A stretch of 64,000 nucleotides of DNA, taken from positions 1,600,513-1,664,512 of the forward strand of contig RDEW01000008.1 of the NCBI GenBank assembly GCA_011109175.1, in the 5' to 3' direction. The translations under genes were made by a program, and so were the position numbers. Below are positions 49,028-63,229 of this stretch, one piece after another. Position 1 is the stretch's first letter; each line of letters starts with the position of its first letter. Source of the stretch: Dicyema japonicum (taxonomy: Eukaryota; Animalia; Dicyemida). The notes under the pieces are model-generated. The model did not search any database. It worked only from the letters and a program-made list of their open reading frames with translations, and was not told the origin of the DNA.

Positions 49028-52000
49028 TCATCTACAATCGCAGTCATAGAAAGTCTGGGTTTGTTTACAGTGGGAAGATTTTCGAGTTCTTTTAAATCCA
49101 AAGTCTAATCTAATTTCACTAAAAATAACCGAAAATGCAGAATTGTGAATACACGTTTTGTTTTTGTTGTCAAATTTGATTCTGTATTTATTATGGCATG
49201 GAGAATCTTTCTCCTGATAATGTTGCTGATATTTTTTCCCTATTTTAAGAAAATTCAAATACCCAGTATAGTTTTGTTCCAAACTTTATAGCTTTCGTCG
49301 TACTCTTTTTCAGACACGAGACTGATTTTTCGTGATTTTACCTGCAGTTCATCTTCTCCGTCAGCCTCAACGACCTGTAATAATAAATATTTAGACATCG
49401 TTGTCAGTTTCTTTAGTAGATTCAGAAATGTAGTTAATATTCCAATATTCATGCTGTCCAAATATCCCAACCATATGCCCTTTTATATTGTAGAGGACCA
49501 CGGAACAGTCAATGCTAGAACAAACGAGAACAGTTGTGCCAAAATAATCGAGAATTTGCAGTCCTGTGATCGAATCATGTTGCTGGTTGAACATGTGCAT
49601 AAGTTCTACAAATATAAAACACTACATGTCGACTAGGTTTATCTTCAATCTTAGTTTCATCCACACAATATTCCTGAATGTCCCAAAGTGTGACTATTCC
49701 ATCACTATCCCCCACTGCGAGATATTTGTCGTCCTCGTCTACAGCGCATATTATTGATTCGACTATTGGTTTATTTTAGAACCCACCGCTATCTTGTGCT
49801 TTGAACTGTCCAATTAAAACTTCCTTGTTTAAATTCCAAAAATATATCCACAAATTCGCTGTAATCACCATCAAATTTGCCATTTTGTCGTCTACTCTTT
49901 TACGGAGACAAATTATTTGGCAAATTGAGTCACTCTAAAGTAAATAAAATTCAAACCTCTTCTTTCTTAGCAATTGAAGTGGAAAATAAATATTTCTAAA
50001 ATGGAATATCGTATCTTACACTGCTTTTGGAGAAAGATTTTTTAAAACTTTGAGGTCTGCTCTGTTAATAAAATATCAAATACTCAATACCTGGACCGGT
50101 TCTTCCAGTACCCTTACAACCTTGATGACTTGCTCCGAAAATATATTCCAAGCAATGATTAATCCCTCCTGAGAAGCTGTAATGATTGTTGTTTGATTGA
50201 GATAATCGCAATAAACGATATCATCCGTATGATACTGTTTACTAAAATGGTCCTTACTTGGTTCTCTCGCTGAAAGATTGGCTTCACGTGGTGTCCCTCG
50301 AAATCTACTGAAGAAAACATAGCATAGGAACTTAAATTTTTAACTAAACTAACTTTGACCACCCAAAAACACAGATAAATCTCCTCAGAACTACAATTTT
50401 CTTAATTTCGTGGTGTGCTGCAACACAGCAGTCGAGAGTATATAAACAAGATCCGTTGTAGTTCCAAATCTAGTTCTTTTAAGTGTCCTACCTTGACAAG
50501 ACCGTCAGAAGCCGCAGTTAAAAATCCTGGAGTTTGTTCGTAAATGGCTAATGCCGTTATTTCAGCATTTCCATGGAGAGAATCGAATTTTTTTATTTTC
50601 TGTCCATTTGAAATTATCCAAATTGAAGCTGACCCGTTTACGGAAACAGAAACTAACTGAAACCATCAGATTGCTTAATACTTGATTTGTTGAAAAATCG
50701 TATTCCACGGCCACGATCGGTTTTGTGTGAGATTTTACCCTGTCTTCGACTTCATTCTCACGTTCGGTCTGAATGAGGGAAGAATTTGATGTAATGACGA
50801 GTCTGTTAGTCTCTTCTTCAAAAAGCATGCACGTGAAAACTAAAATTTTATCAAAAAAGAGTTCACAGTCATTTGAACGAGGAAAGACGGATGCCACTCT
50901 TTGAATACAAGTCAGCAAATACAAATCCCATATTCTTAGCATTCTGTCTTTTCCAATACTCAAAAGTTGATTTTTTAAAAGTAAGAACTTCACATGTAAA
51001 ACGGGTGCCACGTGACCATAGAAAACCTCAAATAAATATCAAATAGGTCACATTGCTAGGTTTGGATTCAATATAGAAAGAACGAAGTGTGATTCGATAA
51101 TTTATTCCTGCCGTAGCTAAAAATAAGTCCTCACTAAAACCTATCATGTTAGTATGTGGATTATAGTCGAATCCATTCAAACCTTGGTAGATTGGAATAG
51201 AAATTCTAGAAATAATTATCCACGTTTATACAGACGTGAGACGTTATATCTTTTACGAGGAATAAATGCTTTATCGAGCCAAGCCACGGCCAATGATTTG
51301 GCCCACGAGGATGAACAACTAATGACCAACTCAATTTGTGAAGTAAACATGACTTTAGTTAGTTTTACACCTCGAACTTTGCTTGACGTAGGTGTTGTGA
51401 GCATATACTTAAAGCATGAGCACGTGCTGTGTTTATTGTTCATAATATCTGCCATGGTTAGGTTTGTGCACATGTCGGACGTATTTGAGACGTTTTCATT
51501 GTTGATTGATGATCTTTCAAACAACGCAAGGCCCGGATTTTCAAAATAAAGTCCCCAATTGTTCCCATCAGAGTCCCCAAAAAGCAAAATTCCGTCATTT
51601 CTGGAGGAAGGCTGCGAACTTGGGTTAAAATTTCAGGAAACCAATAGAAAAAGCAAGTTGGAATTTGAGGTAGTTTCTGAATTCTATACTGGCAGACAAA
51701 CTGTTTCAGGGAGGCTTCGTAAATTGCGATTTCTTTGCACGTGAATGCGACCACAATTTTGTTTATATTTTTCATAAATTCTACTGCAGTGACCCAAATA
51801 TCCCGTGATTGACAAAGATCGGAGGTAAAACGATAGCTATTGATTATTTTCTTATTCCAAACGTTAGCAAATCCATCCTAACTGTACTTAAAGTTTAAAA
51901 ACCCGTGAAACTGTGAGGAATCGTTGGGCTGACCCGAACCTTACCAGTGATTGGATCACATCTTTGTGCACACTAAATCTTTTGGTTAATAAAACTTGTG

Positions 52001-52352
52001 AAGCACATTCACGTCCTTCCATTCCGGCGCCTGTCCAAGCTTTTCGCGGCTATCCTTGTCGTAAAAGGAATTCAAGAGAAAAGAGGCCATTTTCTCCCAG
52101 TCGACATCTCCTTCCCTCATTATGTCGATTTTGTCAAAAAATTCAATATACTATGCAGGTTAGATAAAATGTGACTTCCTCGTCGGTTCCGAAATTTAGA
52201 ATCGACCTCAATATATTTTTGAATTCATATTTTCCTATTTTTTGAAGATTTTTATTTTTATGTCGACTGACCTACAAATATATTAGGCACGAAGGAACCG
52301 TAAAGGAATTTAACATTGTCTCCAAATCAGATTTCGTCAGCTTCGATTCCAT
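49028..52352 (-). CDS. EF-hand plus WD40-repeat protein, WDR49/EFCAB8-like, many micro-introns
   Basis: WD40 motifs in several exon ORFs (GHVAPVLHV...LLSIGKDRMLRIWDL; SHTKPIVAVEYD; QHDSITGL...SSIDCSVVLYN; GIFGQHEYW). N-terminal EF-hand-like KIDIMREGDVDWE. Putative ATG at 52352 (MESKLTKSDLETMLNSF). Confidence 0.7.
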
Positions 52353-52539
52353 TTTTATTGCAAATTAAAATCATGGAAACATTTTTAGTTTTGCAATATT
52401 TGTAATTTTCGAAAACTAAAATATAAATGTAATTTAAATAAAATTTATTAAAACCATTATTTATTTTAGATTTTTTACCAAATTTGAATTTTTCATTAAT
52501 CAAAGGCTAATGATCGGAACTTGGTTTGGGACGCTACGT

Positions 52540-52810
52540 TTGTTGATACTTAGTCTCCAAAAAATTTGGCCGCTTCAGTCTCGGACCCAGGTCATTTTTC
52601 TAAGTAAGCTGTGGATTAGAAGAGAAGTAAGTACCGAAGCATTTCCGAGGATCACTTTTTGTTCATTTGAATATTTGGCTCACAAGCTGTCCGTGGATCG
52701 GCTCAATGATCAAAAGGGTCACCAAGGATCCACATGAGACTTGATGGCTTCAAGAGCGTATCTCGATAGCCATCATCAGAGGAAATAGCATTGCCATTCA
52801 AGATCCCTAA
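52540..52810 (+). mobile_element. CRE-like 3' fragment
   Basis: WDATFVD...WLQERISIAIIRGNSIAI. Confidence 0.6.
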
Positions 52811-55800
52811 ATTAATTGCTTTTTAAACATTTTTAAGTTAGTTTTTACGAATTGATGAATAAAAAATTTAAAAAAGGCCTAAATAAAAGGCAGTTAAAAT
52901 GAAGAATTAAACACAGGACCGCTGTTATAAGTATGCCATCCTACAACTAGTCTCCACCATGCGATCTCACAGTAGGCAAAATACGATGAAATAATCTCTT
53001 AGTAATGTAATTTTATTAGTTAAATTTTTTTAATTCATAAAAATAATGAAAATTCATTGCTTTCAATAAGAGTAAAGTGGTGTCAGACTTTATATTTAAA
53101 AACAATCTGGAACATCATAAAATCTTTAATTTAGAAAAAAGCAATTTATCAAAAAATGAGAAAATATGTCAATTAATCCATGTGGTTAATAATAAATAAA
53201 TGTTAATTCCAGTAGCTAATCAAGTTAATTAAATGTTTGACATGTCCTTTTGGAGAGCCATCCAGGAGTTTTGTCTAAGTCAGATAGGACTTCCCCTGTA
53301 TCGCTCTGGGGTCACTTAGTTAGTTGGGAACTTTCTTTTCCTTTAACCCGGTGATCCTGGGGTAATAATTAATTGTTTGGCTTTAAATTTTAATGAAAAA
53401 ATCAATCCGCAAAAAGGCGGAATTCATGACACATTAACGTCCAATCAAAAAGAGCGAAACTATTGAGGAAGTCTTCTTGCAAGGAAATCCTACCCAGAAG
53501 CTTTGAAACTATGGTTAATGTGACTGACGAAATTTTCTGGCGGAGGATTCGTGCTCTTGAACCCCGTCCTTCTCGTAAATGTTCTAGAACACAGTTTGAA
53601 CACCAGAAAAAAATGCGAAGACTGCTGAGGGAGACCGGAATCAGCTGATTTTTTTCGTTTTGAAATAACAGTTTGATAACTAATCTTAGAAAAGACACCA
53701 AGGAATATTCTTTACTACTTTTTTCTTTTTTTGTGTTTGAATCTTGTAGACAATTCGATTAGGCAGATAAGTATTCACTAAGATGGCGTCACTCGCCAAA
53801 CCCAGAAGCATCGTAGATGAGTATAACCTTCAACTGAATGTACAGTAGTTAGATTCGAACCAGAAACCTTCAGGATTTTGTCCGGCTCTTATAAAGAAAT
53901 TAATAAAATACCTAAAAACTAATCAATTGAATTTTCCGATCTTGTCTTTAGAATTTAGCATGTGTTTCCTCTGACAATCCAACAAGATTCAAAATTTTTG
54001 TTTAGGAGAGTGACACGAGTTGATGAATCAATATAAGAGAAAGAGTCAACGATTTTAGTCCTACACTGAGAATCTTCATCCAGTTTGCCTTTTTTCCTTC
54101 TCTACGGTCTAAGCCAAAGAGTTAGATTAGTAGAGGAATAAATTATAATTTAATCCAGAATAGTTTTTTTCTAAAAAAACTAAATGCATTCACTTTTATC
54201 AAATTTTGATAATTATGAAAAATGAAAAAATTATTTAAGTCAGTTTAAGGGAGACCCGAGACATGCTTTTCCAAAATATTTTGCTCGAGAAATTTACTTT
54301 AAATATAATTTTTCTTTATCTCTCCAGTATCGGACGAAGGCTTGCTTCAAAGAGATGCCATCCCCACAAAGGATTATAGTTGAAGCAGAGACTCGAAATG
54401 ACGGTGATCAGAGAGAACGCCTTTTCATTCCTGGCTTCTTAACTTAAATAATTTAGTTGTTTTCTTTTTTAATAATCGCATTATAATTAAAATTCTGTGC
54501 TTAGTCCCGAAATTGTGATTTTAGTAACGTTACTTGAAGAAATGTCAGTTATTCTGGCTGTTAATTTACTAGAAAGCTGAATTGGTGATATGCCATTTAT
54601 ACAGCAAATATATTCATCACTTCGTGACAAATGCAATAAATTTCTCGTCACCTTTCTTCCATGTACATAATAAAGTTTCCAAATCCGATCCAAAACTTGG
54701 GGGAACATAAACAGCCTTGTGGAAAAACAGGAGACCTCAAATGCTTTATCTATATCTATCTATATAGTTCTTAATCTTCCCGGTTCGTTATGTTAACAGA
54801 ACGTGAAAAAGAAAAGAACAAAATATTGAGACTTCCAGAATATTGAATTTTCGATCATGAGGTGCACTCTCAATTCGTTCTGAGTTCCTTATAATCTAAA
54901 TCATAATTCTTAATCCCTTGAATTTTTTAATTTAAAATTTTTATTAATCGAGTTTATGTTAATTTTGTTTCTTTGTGATTAAATGAATCACATGTTGGTT
55001 GAGTTGTTGACACCTCTCTAATAATGTCTATGTTTATCGACTCTCAGTCTGCTTATTGTACCCCGTTTACAACTGCAACTTTAAACGTCACAGGACTCGC
55101 TTCGAACACTAAACAATAGACCCTATACATTGATTTGGAACGATACAAAGTTAACGTGGCCTGCCTAAGAGAGGTGAAGGTGAAAGTGGATGGATGTATG
55201 CTGGGAAAATTGCCCCTCGATTAACTACGGAAAGTTACATGAAGAAAATTGGTAGAACGGATTGTGAAATACGACACGAGCGGAACCCTGAGTATTCATA
55301 TACCTACGGTTAACGCGCGAGTGATTTTAACTATCTAACTAGAAATCAAATTATAAACCTTTCCCTTGAAATTGTTCCATAATTATACACAGAACCTATT
55401 TGTTGATATTCTAATTAACCTAAATATTTAATTAGTTTCCTGGTTTTTCCTTTTCCTAACTTAACAATTGACAAGTGACTTTGTCATCAGTGAACATTTC
55501 ACTGCGGAACCGGATCGTCTATATAGGGCATACACCCAAGAAAAAGAAAACAAAGAAGTGAAGAACTTTCCTTGATTCTCCCTCATCGATTAGCTATGAT
55601 AATTGTTCTTTGCTTAAAATAAAGTGTGTGTTTTGCCTGAGGGGACCGATAGCTGAAATGGCTCCTCGGGAAGTGCATTGTTTTTTTAACTTAAATTAGT
55701 ATTTGCTAGTGTTTGAGTTTGATTGCAAAAAAAACTTGTCTATGTATATAATAACTTAAATAATTTATAAATAAATTCCTTTTTTATTATATCTATGAGT

Positions 55801-56777
55801 CCTATTTGAATAAAAGGGGGATTTCCAGAAAGATATTAGAGTTAGAAGAAAAAACCCTCCAAGCACTTTTTTCCTGCATAAGTTACGTCTGTAAAAAGGA
55901 CGTTTATTTTTATGCGAGTCATAATGCCCATTTTATGTATAGATACGAAGACTATTTTTTCTCACTAAAAAGATGACATATCATATCGCTTTTGAAAAAA
56001 TCAAGGAGAATTAAGTTCGCAATGCGTAAGAAATCGGATGAGTTTCATATCAAAGAAAAAGACAGTCTTATAAGTCTATTACGGAAGTCTGAACTTTCAG
56101 AAGGGAATTATGAACTTTCAAAAATTCTAATCTTGAACTCCTATATTAATTCGAGCGAACTATAAGAAGAATACAATGTAACCCCGATTTGGGGCACTTT
56201 GTAGTGTGAATTATAACAAGGATGGATAATGATGTCCAAACTCTTAGTTAAAATCATAAAACAAGAAAGTCTTTTTCAAATGGGAACTTTTTTGTCCAAA
56301 TTGTTCGATCGTAATCAAAAAAAGATTGGATGTCGATATACATCATGAATCCTTGAAGCATCAAAGTAATATTTCCCGATAAATTAAATTATTAGAAGAT
56401 GATCCATCGCGATCGATATGTCTTGATTACTGACTCTGCATGATATGTGACAAGTAGTATCCTGCAGTATAATGTTAAGTCAAAAAATCGCTTAAATTAT
56501 AAGTAAACTCATACCCTCTGGACGAAAGACAAAGATTCATATTGTTCCGGATGTTTTGACACCAACTGGTCGAGGAGGCATAAATTCAAAATTTACAAAA
56601 ATCAAATTTTAACAACATTTGGGAAATAAATGATTAAAATTATAAAGTTCAAATATATTCAAAAATACTCTAAATAAAAAATTTATCAAAAAATAATATG
56701 TAAATATTAAAAAGTATTATTTCAAATTCAAATAAATTATTTGCGTGAACATAAAGACAATTTTGTTGTAAAACTGA

Positions 56778-59700
56778 ATGCGAAAGCTAATTCGTTTAGC
56801 AGTACATATTAATAGACTAAACCCTAGGGAAAATCAGATTTACCTCCTTTAAAAAAGCCAGAGATCAATCCAGATGACCTTAATGTACCGAATTGTTTTA
56901 TTATAGGGTTTTGTGTGCCCCACGTGTTTTGAAAGCTTCATCACAGTGGACGAGCTGTCCGCTCATTTTCCACAACATGAGGTTTTTTTATTGTTTGTGG
57001 TTACCTATCAGGGCCATCAAGAAAAAGACAAAAGCACCCCATTATCGGTTAATAATCGACAAAAGGATCGCCTAGACATCCTCGAAGGGATCATTTCTAA
57101 CATTAAAGGAACGCTTAACGAATACTGCAAAGACGTAGGCGATTGTCAAATTATTTAGGGTTCCATAACTTGTCAACAGATGTCGCTGATAATTCCATTG
57201 AAGCCCTCCTCAGTGCTATTCTTGAGTCGTCCAAAGAAGACAAACAAAAGATCATAAATCTTGAGTGGGAAAAATCGCTTCAAATTTCCGAAATTTCTTG
57301 TCAGAATCAAAAACTGGCTAATTTGACTCAAAATTTCCACAAGGTTTTCCTTATTTTACTAATTTCAGTTGAAATCAGATGTGACTTCAATTCGCGAAGA
57401 ACATGCAATTTTGAGACTCCAGTCACGTTCCAATATGGATTTAATGACTCGGGAGATAGAATATATCTCCTTAAAAGTACCGTCGGTGGTAAAATTAACG
57501 GTATTTCTATCCTTGATTTGTTAGACGAATGTTGCCGTTAAATATAAAGCAAAGGCATTCCCCCCTATTTTATTTGTAGGCAGAAAGACAAAGGGATTTG
57601 TATCTTAGTAGACTTTCAGCAGTTGGAATGTTTATGAGAGGACTTAATGATTATTACCAGCTTAAAGAACTCAGAAACTCATTGAATGATTACTTTCGGC
57701 ATTTTTCTTTGATGTTACTACTTTAAAGGAATCCATGGCTAATAATAACCGATTTAACCTACTTTTGGCAGACAAACTGGCGGCACAGAGACAACTTTAT
57801 AACCGTCAGCTGACGAGTGTTCTTCTGAATGTCCAAAATATCGTCAAAAAGGACTTTTACGAGCTAAAATGTTATGCAACGGAGAAACTCTCTTCGCTGC
57901 GGTCTGAAATTATTAATTTGAATGGGAATCAGTCCCCAAAGAATATTATTGACGCACTACTAATACGTTTAAATAGGCAGCCTGGTTATGTTATGTTTTA
58001 GTTGTGTGGCTCACCAGGTTTCTTTGGAACGGGAGATTGGGGAGTTGAAAAAGCAGAATATTGCCTTGGTTGAGGCTGCCAGTTCAGACGAAGCTTCGAA
58101 GGTTGCCATCGACTTCCTGAAGACAGAGCAGGTGATTTTTACATTTATTCACCGTGTTTTCGTGATTTTATAGTATAGGTTATGCTTCAAGATAAGTTCA
58201 ACCTTGATTTGGCTGTCTCTGATACAAAACATGCCCAGATTGTGGAGTCCATGAACGGTGAAATTTCAGATTTGTTGGAAAAGAACCAAAATTTGGCCGA
58301 AAATGTGTGATTTTTATAATATCGCAGGTTTCTCGCCTTGAGGGACAAATGGAGGAGATCTCCACCCAAAATGAATTCCTCAAATCTGATAACCAAAGAC
58401 TAAGTCGGAACCTCGCCACCCAAAGCTCAATTTCAGCAAAGCTGGGGATAGCCTAGAACAGATCAAAATACCTTTAAAAGAACTAATCATTAGCCTTCAG
58501 TCGTTGAAGGACTTCATGTCTGTGGTGTCACGTGGGGTTTTGTATCAAAAGTCTGTTTTTTACACGGTCAGCAGCCACATGACTCGGCTTTACAAAGATA
58601 TGGAAAACCTGAAGACCACGACCTTTCATGAAACGAATATCATCGACACCAAAATACAAAAGACACATGCCAGCATTCTGAAATATGGCCATATGAAGAC
58701 CAAGTCCCAATTAATTCGGAGACGGAGTATATTATTGGAGTTTAAGTCGAATTTTAAAACCCAATTTTTTGACTATTCTTCCCTAAAGAATCTTATGAGA
58801 CGGGAAATTAACTCATTTTTTGAGCTTTTATTTGGCGCCAAAACTGCACTTCAGTGTCTCATTGATAGGAATTCGTCTCTGACTATTTCTCTCATTATGA
58901 AAGAAAGGAGGGAGCACACCCGCATTTTGAATGCAACCAGGAAGGATTTTCTTGACAAATTGGTTGATCTGAAGTCTCAGCTAAACCAGTTGTACCCCAC
59001 AAATACGATAATCTCTTTAATTGCTGAGATTTTGTGCAAATTTACAAAATTCAACTCAGTCCTCCCACGTGTGATAGTATTGCATAGGAATTATGTCACT
59101 AAAGCGGAAAGTATTTGTTCTACAAATGTTGAATTTATGAAAAGGCTTGCTGATTCCCTGAAAACTGGTCTGACTCCGTCGAATGGAGAGATTCTTGTCT
59201 GTTATCAGCAGTTTAGCAGGCTGATTCCAATTTTTGCACAAGTTTTTCGGGAAAATTTCTCATCACTTGAAAACTTAAAGTTTCTCGTTTCCACATTGAA
59301 CCGTCGAGTTGTGTGTTTTGAATCTTCAGTCATTAGAAAATGCTCAGTGTTTAACGAGTCTATGGTTTCGGCTTGGAATTATCAAAACAACACCATTTCT
59401 GACTTGAAACAGCAAATTGAATGCCAGAAAGTCAGAATAATGGCCAATAAGAAGATTTTCGACACATTTTGTTCCTCTGTGACTGCGACATTTAAAAGAG
59501 ATTGCCTCCGTGATGATTTGTCGGGAGTTCAGCTCAGTCTTGGCCTCCGGCGGTCATTTGAAGGACAAATCCGCGGAATTGAAGGAAACATGAATTTGTT
59601 TACTGAGTCAACCATGGTTACTTGTTTCCATTACTGTAGACTTTTTATCGACGAATGTCTACTGAAATGGCTGAGAAAAACGATAGATTTGAAGATGTTA

Positions 59701-60373
59701 CCAGGAAATTCAACGATTTGAAGGAAACACACATTCTCGAGGTTCAGAAAATGACGGAAACGGTGGAGCAGTTGACGAAGAGTAACAAAATTTCCGCCAA
59801 TTCTCTGGAATATTGCAATAAACAGATAAATAAGCTAAATCTCGAAAATGAAGGTAGAAATTCCCGGCAATTTCTTAGAGCTTGGGAAAGAAGTGAAAAC
59901 CCATCAGGAGTCAATTGATCTGCTAATGAAACAGTACTAAGTTCTTTTAACAGTAGGTATATTAAAATGGAAGAACGAGAGAGTGACTACAAGTCTCAGC
60001 TATCAGCTATAAGGATTAGAAACGTTGACCTGACGACTGCCATCAGAGAACTCGGCTCGGAGAACTCGTCTCTGCAGGTAATCGTGGTTTTACTGTTAGA
60101 TAATCGCTAATAGAGTCTCCAACCTTCAGTGGAACCCTGACAAGAAGTCTGAGGAATGTACGAAATGCCAGACCCCATTTACTGTGTCGGTGAGGAAGGT
60201 TGTGATCATTATATATTTTAGCATCATTGCAGGAATTGTGGTTCTATATTTGTAAGAATTGCTCGTCGAATATGCTCATACTTCCTTTCTCTCCAAAAAA
60301 ACAAAGAGTGTGTGATCAGTGCTATGATAATATTACTAATAGACGAAATCCGACTCAGGAAAGATTCTTTTAA
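56778..60373 (+). CDS. EEA1: Early endosome antigen 1-like (N-terminal C2H2 finger, long coiled coil, C-terminal FYVE)
   Basis: ATG at 56778 with introns 56802-56827 (26 nt) and 56885-56906 (22 nt) gives MRKLIRLA-GKSD...-GFVCPTCFESFITVDELSAHFPQH. C-terminus WNPDKKSEECTKCQTPFTVSVRK|HHCRNCGSIFCKNCS...RVCDQC is a FYVE domain. Two apparent -1 homopolymer frameshifts (~58447, ~60250). Confidence 0.85.
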
Positions 60374-60400
60374 TGTTTTATATTTACTAACAAATTTCAT

Positions 60401-60857
60401 CTATATAATAAAATGTTGAAATTCTGTTTGTCTGTTCGCTGTACTCAGTCCTGAGGTTTGCCAACTTACTGACGGCACTGTCTTTGGAAAATGGTTCAAG
60501 GTAGAACTATAAAAATTATTGGACAGTGAAGATGTGGTAGCTAGAATAGCTGATTCCTCTTTGGCTTTTCGTACCTTAATTAGAATCTGATTTATTGTTT
60601 GCAATAAAATTCACCTTCTGTGGCTAAAGTATGGTAAAAGTGATCTTTATAATATCAAAGCAATGTTAGGTACTACAAAATACTGATCCTTGAGGTGGAA
60701 ATCAATATTTTAAAATGGTTCATAATGATAACTTTTTGATCAGGCGAAAATTCGATACTAAGTGGATCAGTGTCCATCGAAAAAGAATTGTCCGAAAATC
60801 GATAAAAATGAATTTTGACATCAGTTAAAAATTTTTGATTATCACAATCCCACATTA
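60401..60857 (-). CDS. 3' exons of a probable WD40-like gene whose upstream exons lie further right
   Basis: An AG acceptor near 60858 precedes MWDCDNQKFL...PLSIEFSPDQK. Two short GT-AG introns link it to ORF 60401-60604, which ends in TAG. Confidence 0.45.
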
Positions 60858-61489
60858 CTAAATAATAATAAATATGATTATCCGGGACAAGGCTCCAAAT
60901 CCGGGACTGTCCCAGCTAATCCAAACGGATGGTAAACCTACATATATCTGATCTCTGACGATTCTGTTGAGAGTTGAAGAATCATCTTGATTATATTTCA
61001 AAGAGGATAGGTGTGCAGGGGGTGATAAATTTGCGGGTGAGAGGATTCCCAGTATTCAAAACGAACAGGTAAGGTTACGTGGTCCCAACAATGCTCGTCA
61101 AAAAGTAAAACGTTAGACGGAATCGAGCGTCTTGGGCTGTTGCATTTTTTCGCTGACAAGGCCTTTCTCAGCAAGAAAAGAGAGGTATTTGCGTTAGCAT
61201 CTCCAGGCTTGTGAACGTTGTTTTTAGTTTTTGTTCATTTCTTTTGAGATTGTCATTTATTCCAGCAACTATATGGGCATAGATCCTATTCTGAGGTTGA
61301 ACAAGGTTGTGCCCAGTAATCCCTTTGTTAGACTCCAGAAGACATGGGAATAAAGTATTGACCGTGGAAAAGGCTGACAGTTTTTCATGAGAGCTATGTA
61401 AATATAATCCGACCTCGATTTGGATAAAACCCTAACTTGGTTTTTGGAACACCCTCACATTTTTGAACACTTGGTAAGATTCGCATTAT

Positions 61490-62760
61490 TTATTATTTAT
61501 TTATAACCCGAGAAGGGAACACCAAGAAAGAATGTAAACAAACTAATTAAGTGATCCCGGTATACCACAAAAGGATCGAGAGGTTTTTCTTATGTTCCTC
61601 CAGAGTACCCACGGCTTTCCTGTATCGACGACGATCACTTTCATTAAAATTTGAAGAGGGTGGGGTTTTTTTCCAATTTGCGTGTATTTGAGGCTTCTAG
61701 TCTTGAATGGAAGAAACGACTTGTTTCGTGACCACATAGACCGATGAAACCGGAGCCGTTGTTTTCGATTGAGGCGTGGTCAAGCATTGGGGAGAAAGAT
61801 CGGCAGGTAGAGTCGTTAGACGTAAAAATTTGGCAGTTAGGGAGTCGATCTTGTACAAATTGGATATTGAAACTTCATAAGCCCATGAGGCACAAGCATA
61901 CTCAACCGTCAGTTTTAAAAGTTGATTGTACAAGAAGACAGCGCATTCCCATGAAGGCCTGGACTTTAAGAACGATTTCATTATATTCAGTTTCATGAGA
62001 CCTTTTGTTATAACGTTCTTCACATGTTGAGAAAATGTCATCAGAGTCGAAAGTCACTCCCAGAATAGTTGGATTAATCTGTAAAGATAAAGAGTCTCCA
62101 TATATGCTCAAATCCAGTGTATATTTTTCTTTTTTGTCTTTGGTGAAGATAGTATACGTTGATTTATCCCTGGATATGGAGAGACGATTAAAATTCAACC
62201 AAACTCCCAGGTCATCAATATGTGACTAAATCTCTGATTTTGCCATATCCACGTATTTGCTCCTGCTAGCGATAATTAATATGTAAGAAGTATTGAATCT
62301 GGTCCTCCAGGGCAGGGTAAATCTTTTAGGAATTAACTGAATAGCGCCGGAGAGAGGGCCGATCCTTGAGAGACGCCATTTGGTAGAAAACGGGACCTCG
62401 ATTTTCCATGGCCTATACAGACACGTCCTCTTCTTCTGGAAGAAAATTGGCTATCTATCTTTTCAAAGCCGACTGAATGGTTGTGTCAAAAACCTTTTTC
62501 GTGAGTAATGTTATCGGGACAGAATCGAACGCTTTTTGGATCTCCAGAGAGACCAATATTGTCCGTAGATGGCGTTTCGGTTCATTGAACCCTTCTGATA
62601 TCAATTGAGACAGTGAAGTCAAATGTGTCGTAGTTGAACGCTCACATTTGAAACCATGTTGAAAGTGGCAGTCGGCAAATGGGGTTTAATTTTCTAGAGT
62701 ATGAGTTTCTTCATTAGGCGCGATAATACGCACGTCAATGAAAATGACGGTAGGAAGAAG
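61490..62760 (-). mobile_element. Ingi/Vingi-like RT fragment
   Basis: DIQKAFDSV, GVSQGSALSPALF, PTILGVTFD; tail gggatcacttaattag. Confidence 0.78.
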
Positions 62761-63229
62761 GTAAGGTTTTCGGAGAAATGGAAATCACAAAAAACCTCGA
62801 TGTGGCACAAAATTAATTAATTGGTATATTTTGAAATTTCATGTGGCGTTCTTAAAATAACTTGAAATATCTCTTCTATCGAAAAAATCTATTATCAAAC
62901 AAAAGTTCGGAACGACCATTGAAACTATAGCTCGAATAAAAAAATTATTCAAAATTATTAATACTTCATCGACGAAGATATTGTTAGGAATCCCATAACA
63001 ACTTAATTTACGACACTGATTTTAATATCTGAAGCATGGCAAAATATGCATAATGAATTTGTTATAAAATGTTGGAACAGTATTTACAACAAAGAAACAA
63101 TCTCAATCATCAAAGCGATGTATCAGAAATTATAGAGCAGTGGTTCCCAACCTGGGTTCCTGGGAACCCAAAGGTCTACACGAAAGAAATCGCCGCAACT
63201 TCTTGGAGAGTCACTAATACAATTTTGCA

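Noticed and set aside
63138-63185. Complete hAT MITE (CAGTGGTTCCCAAC end); similar lone ends at ~37570 and ~60940
   Set aside because: Only single termini are visible, with no matching TIR or TSD.
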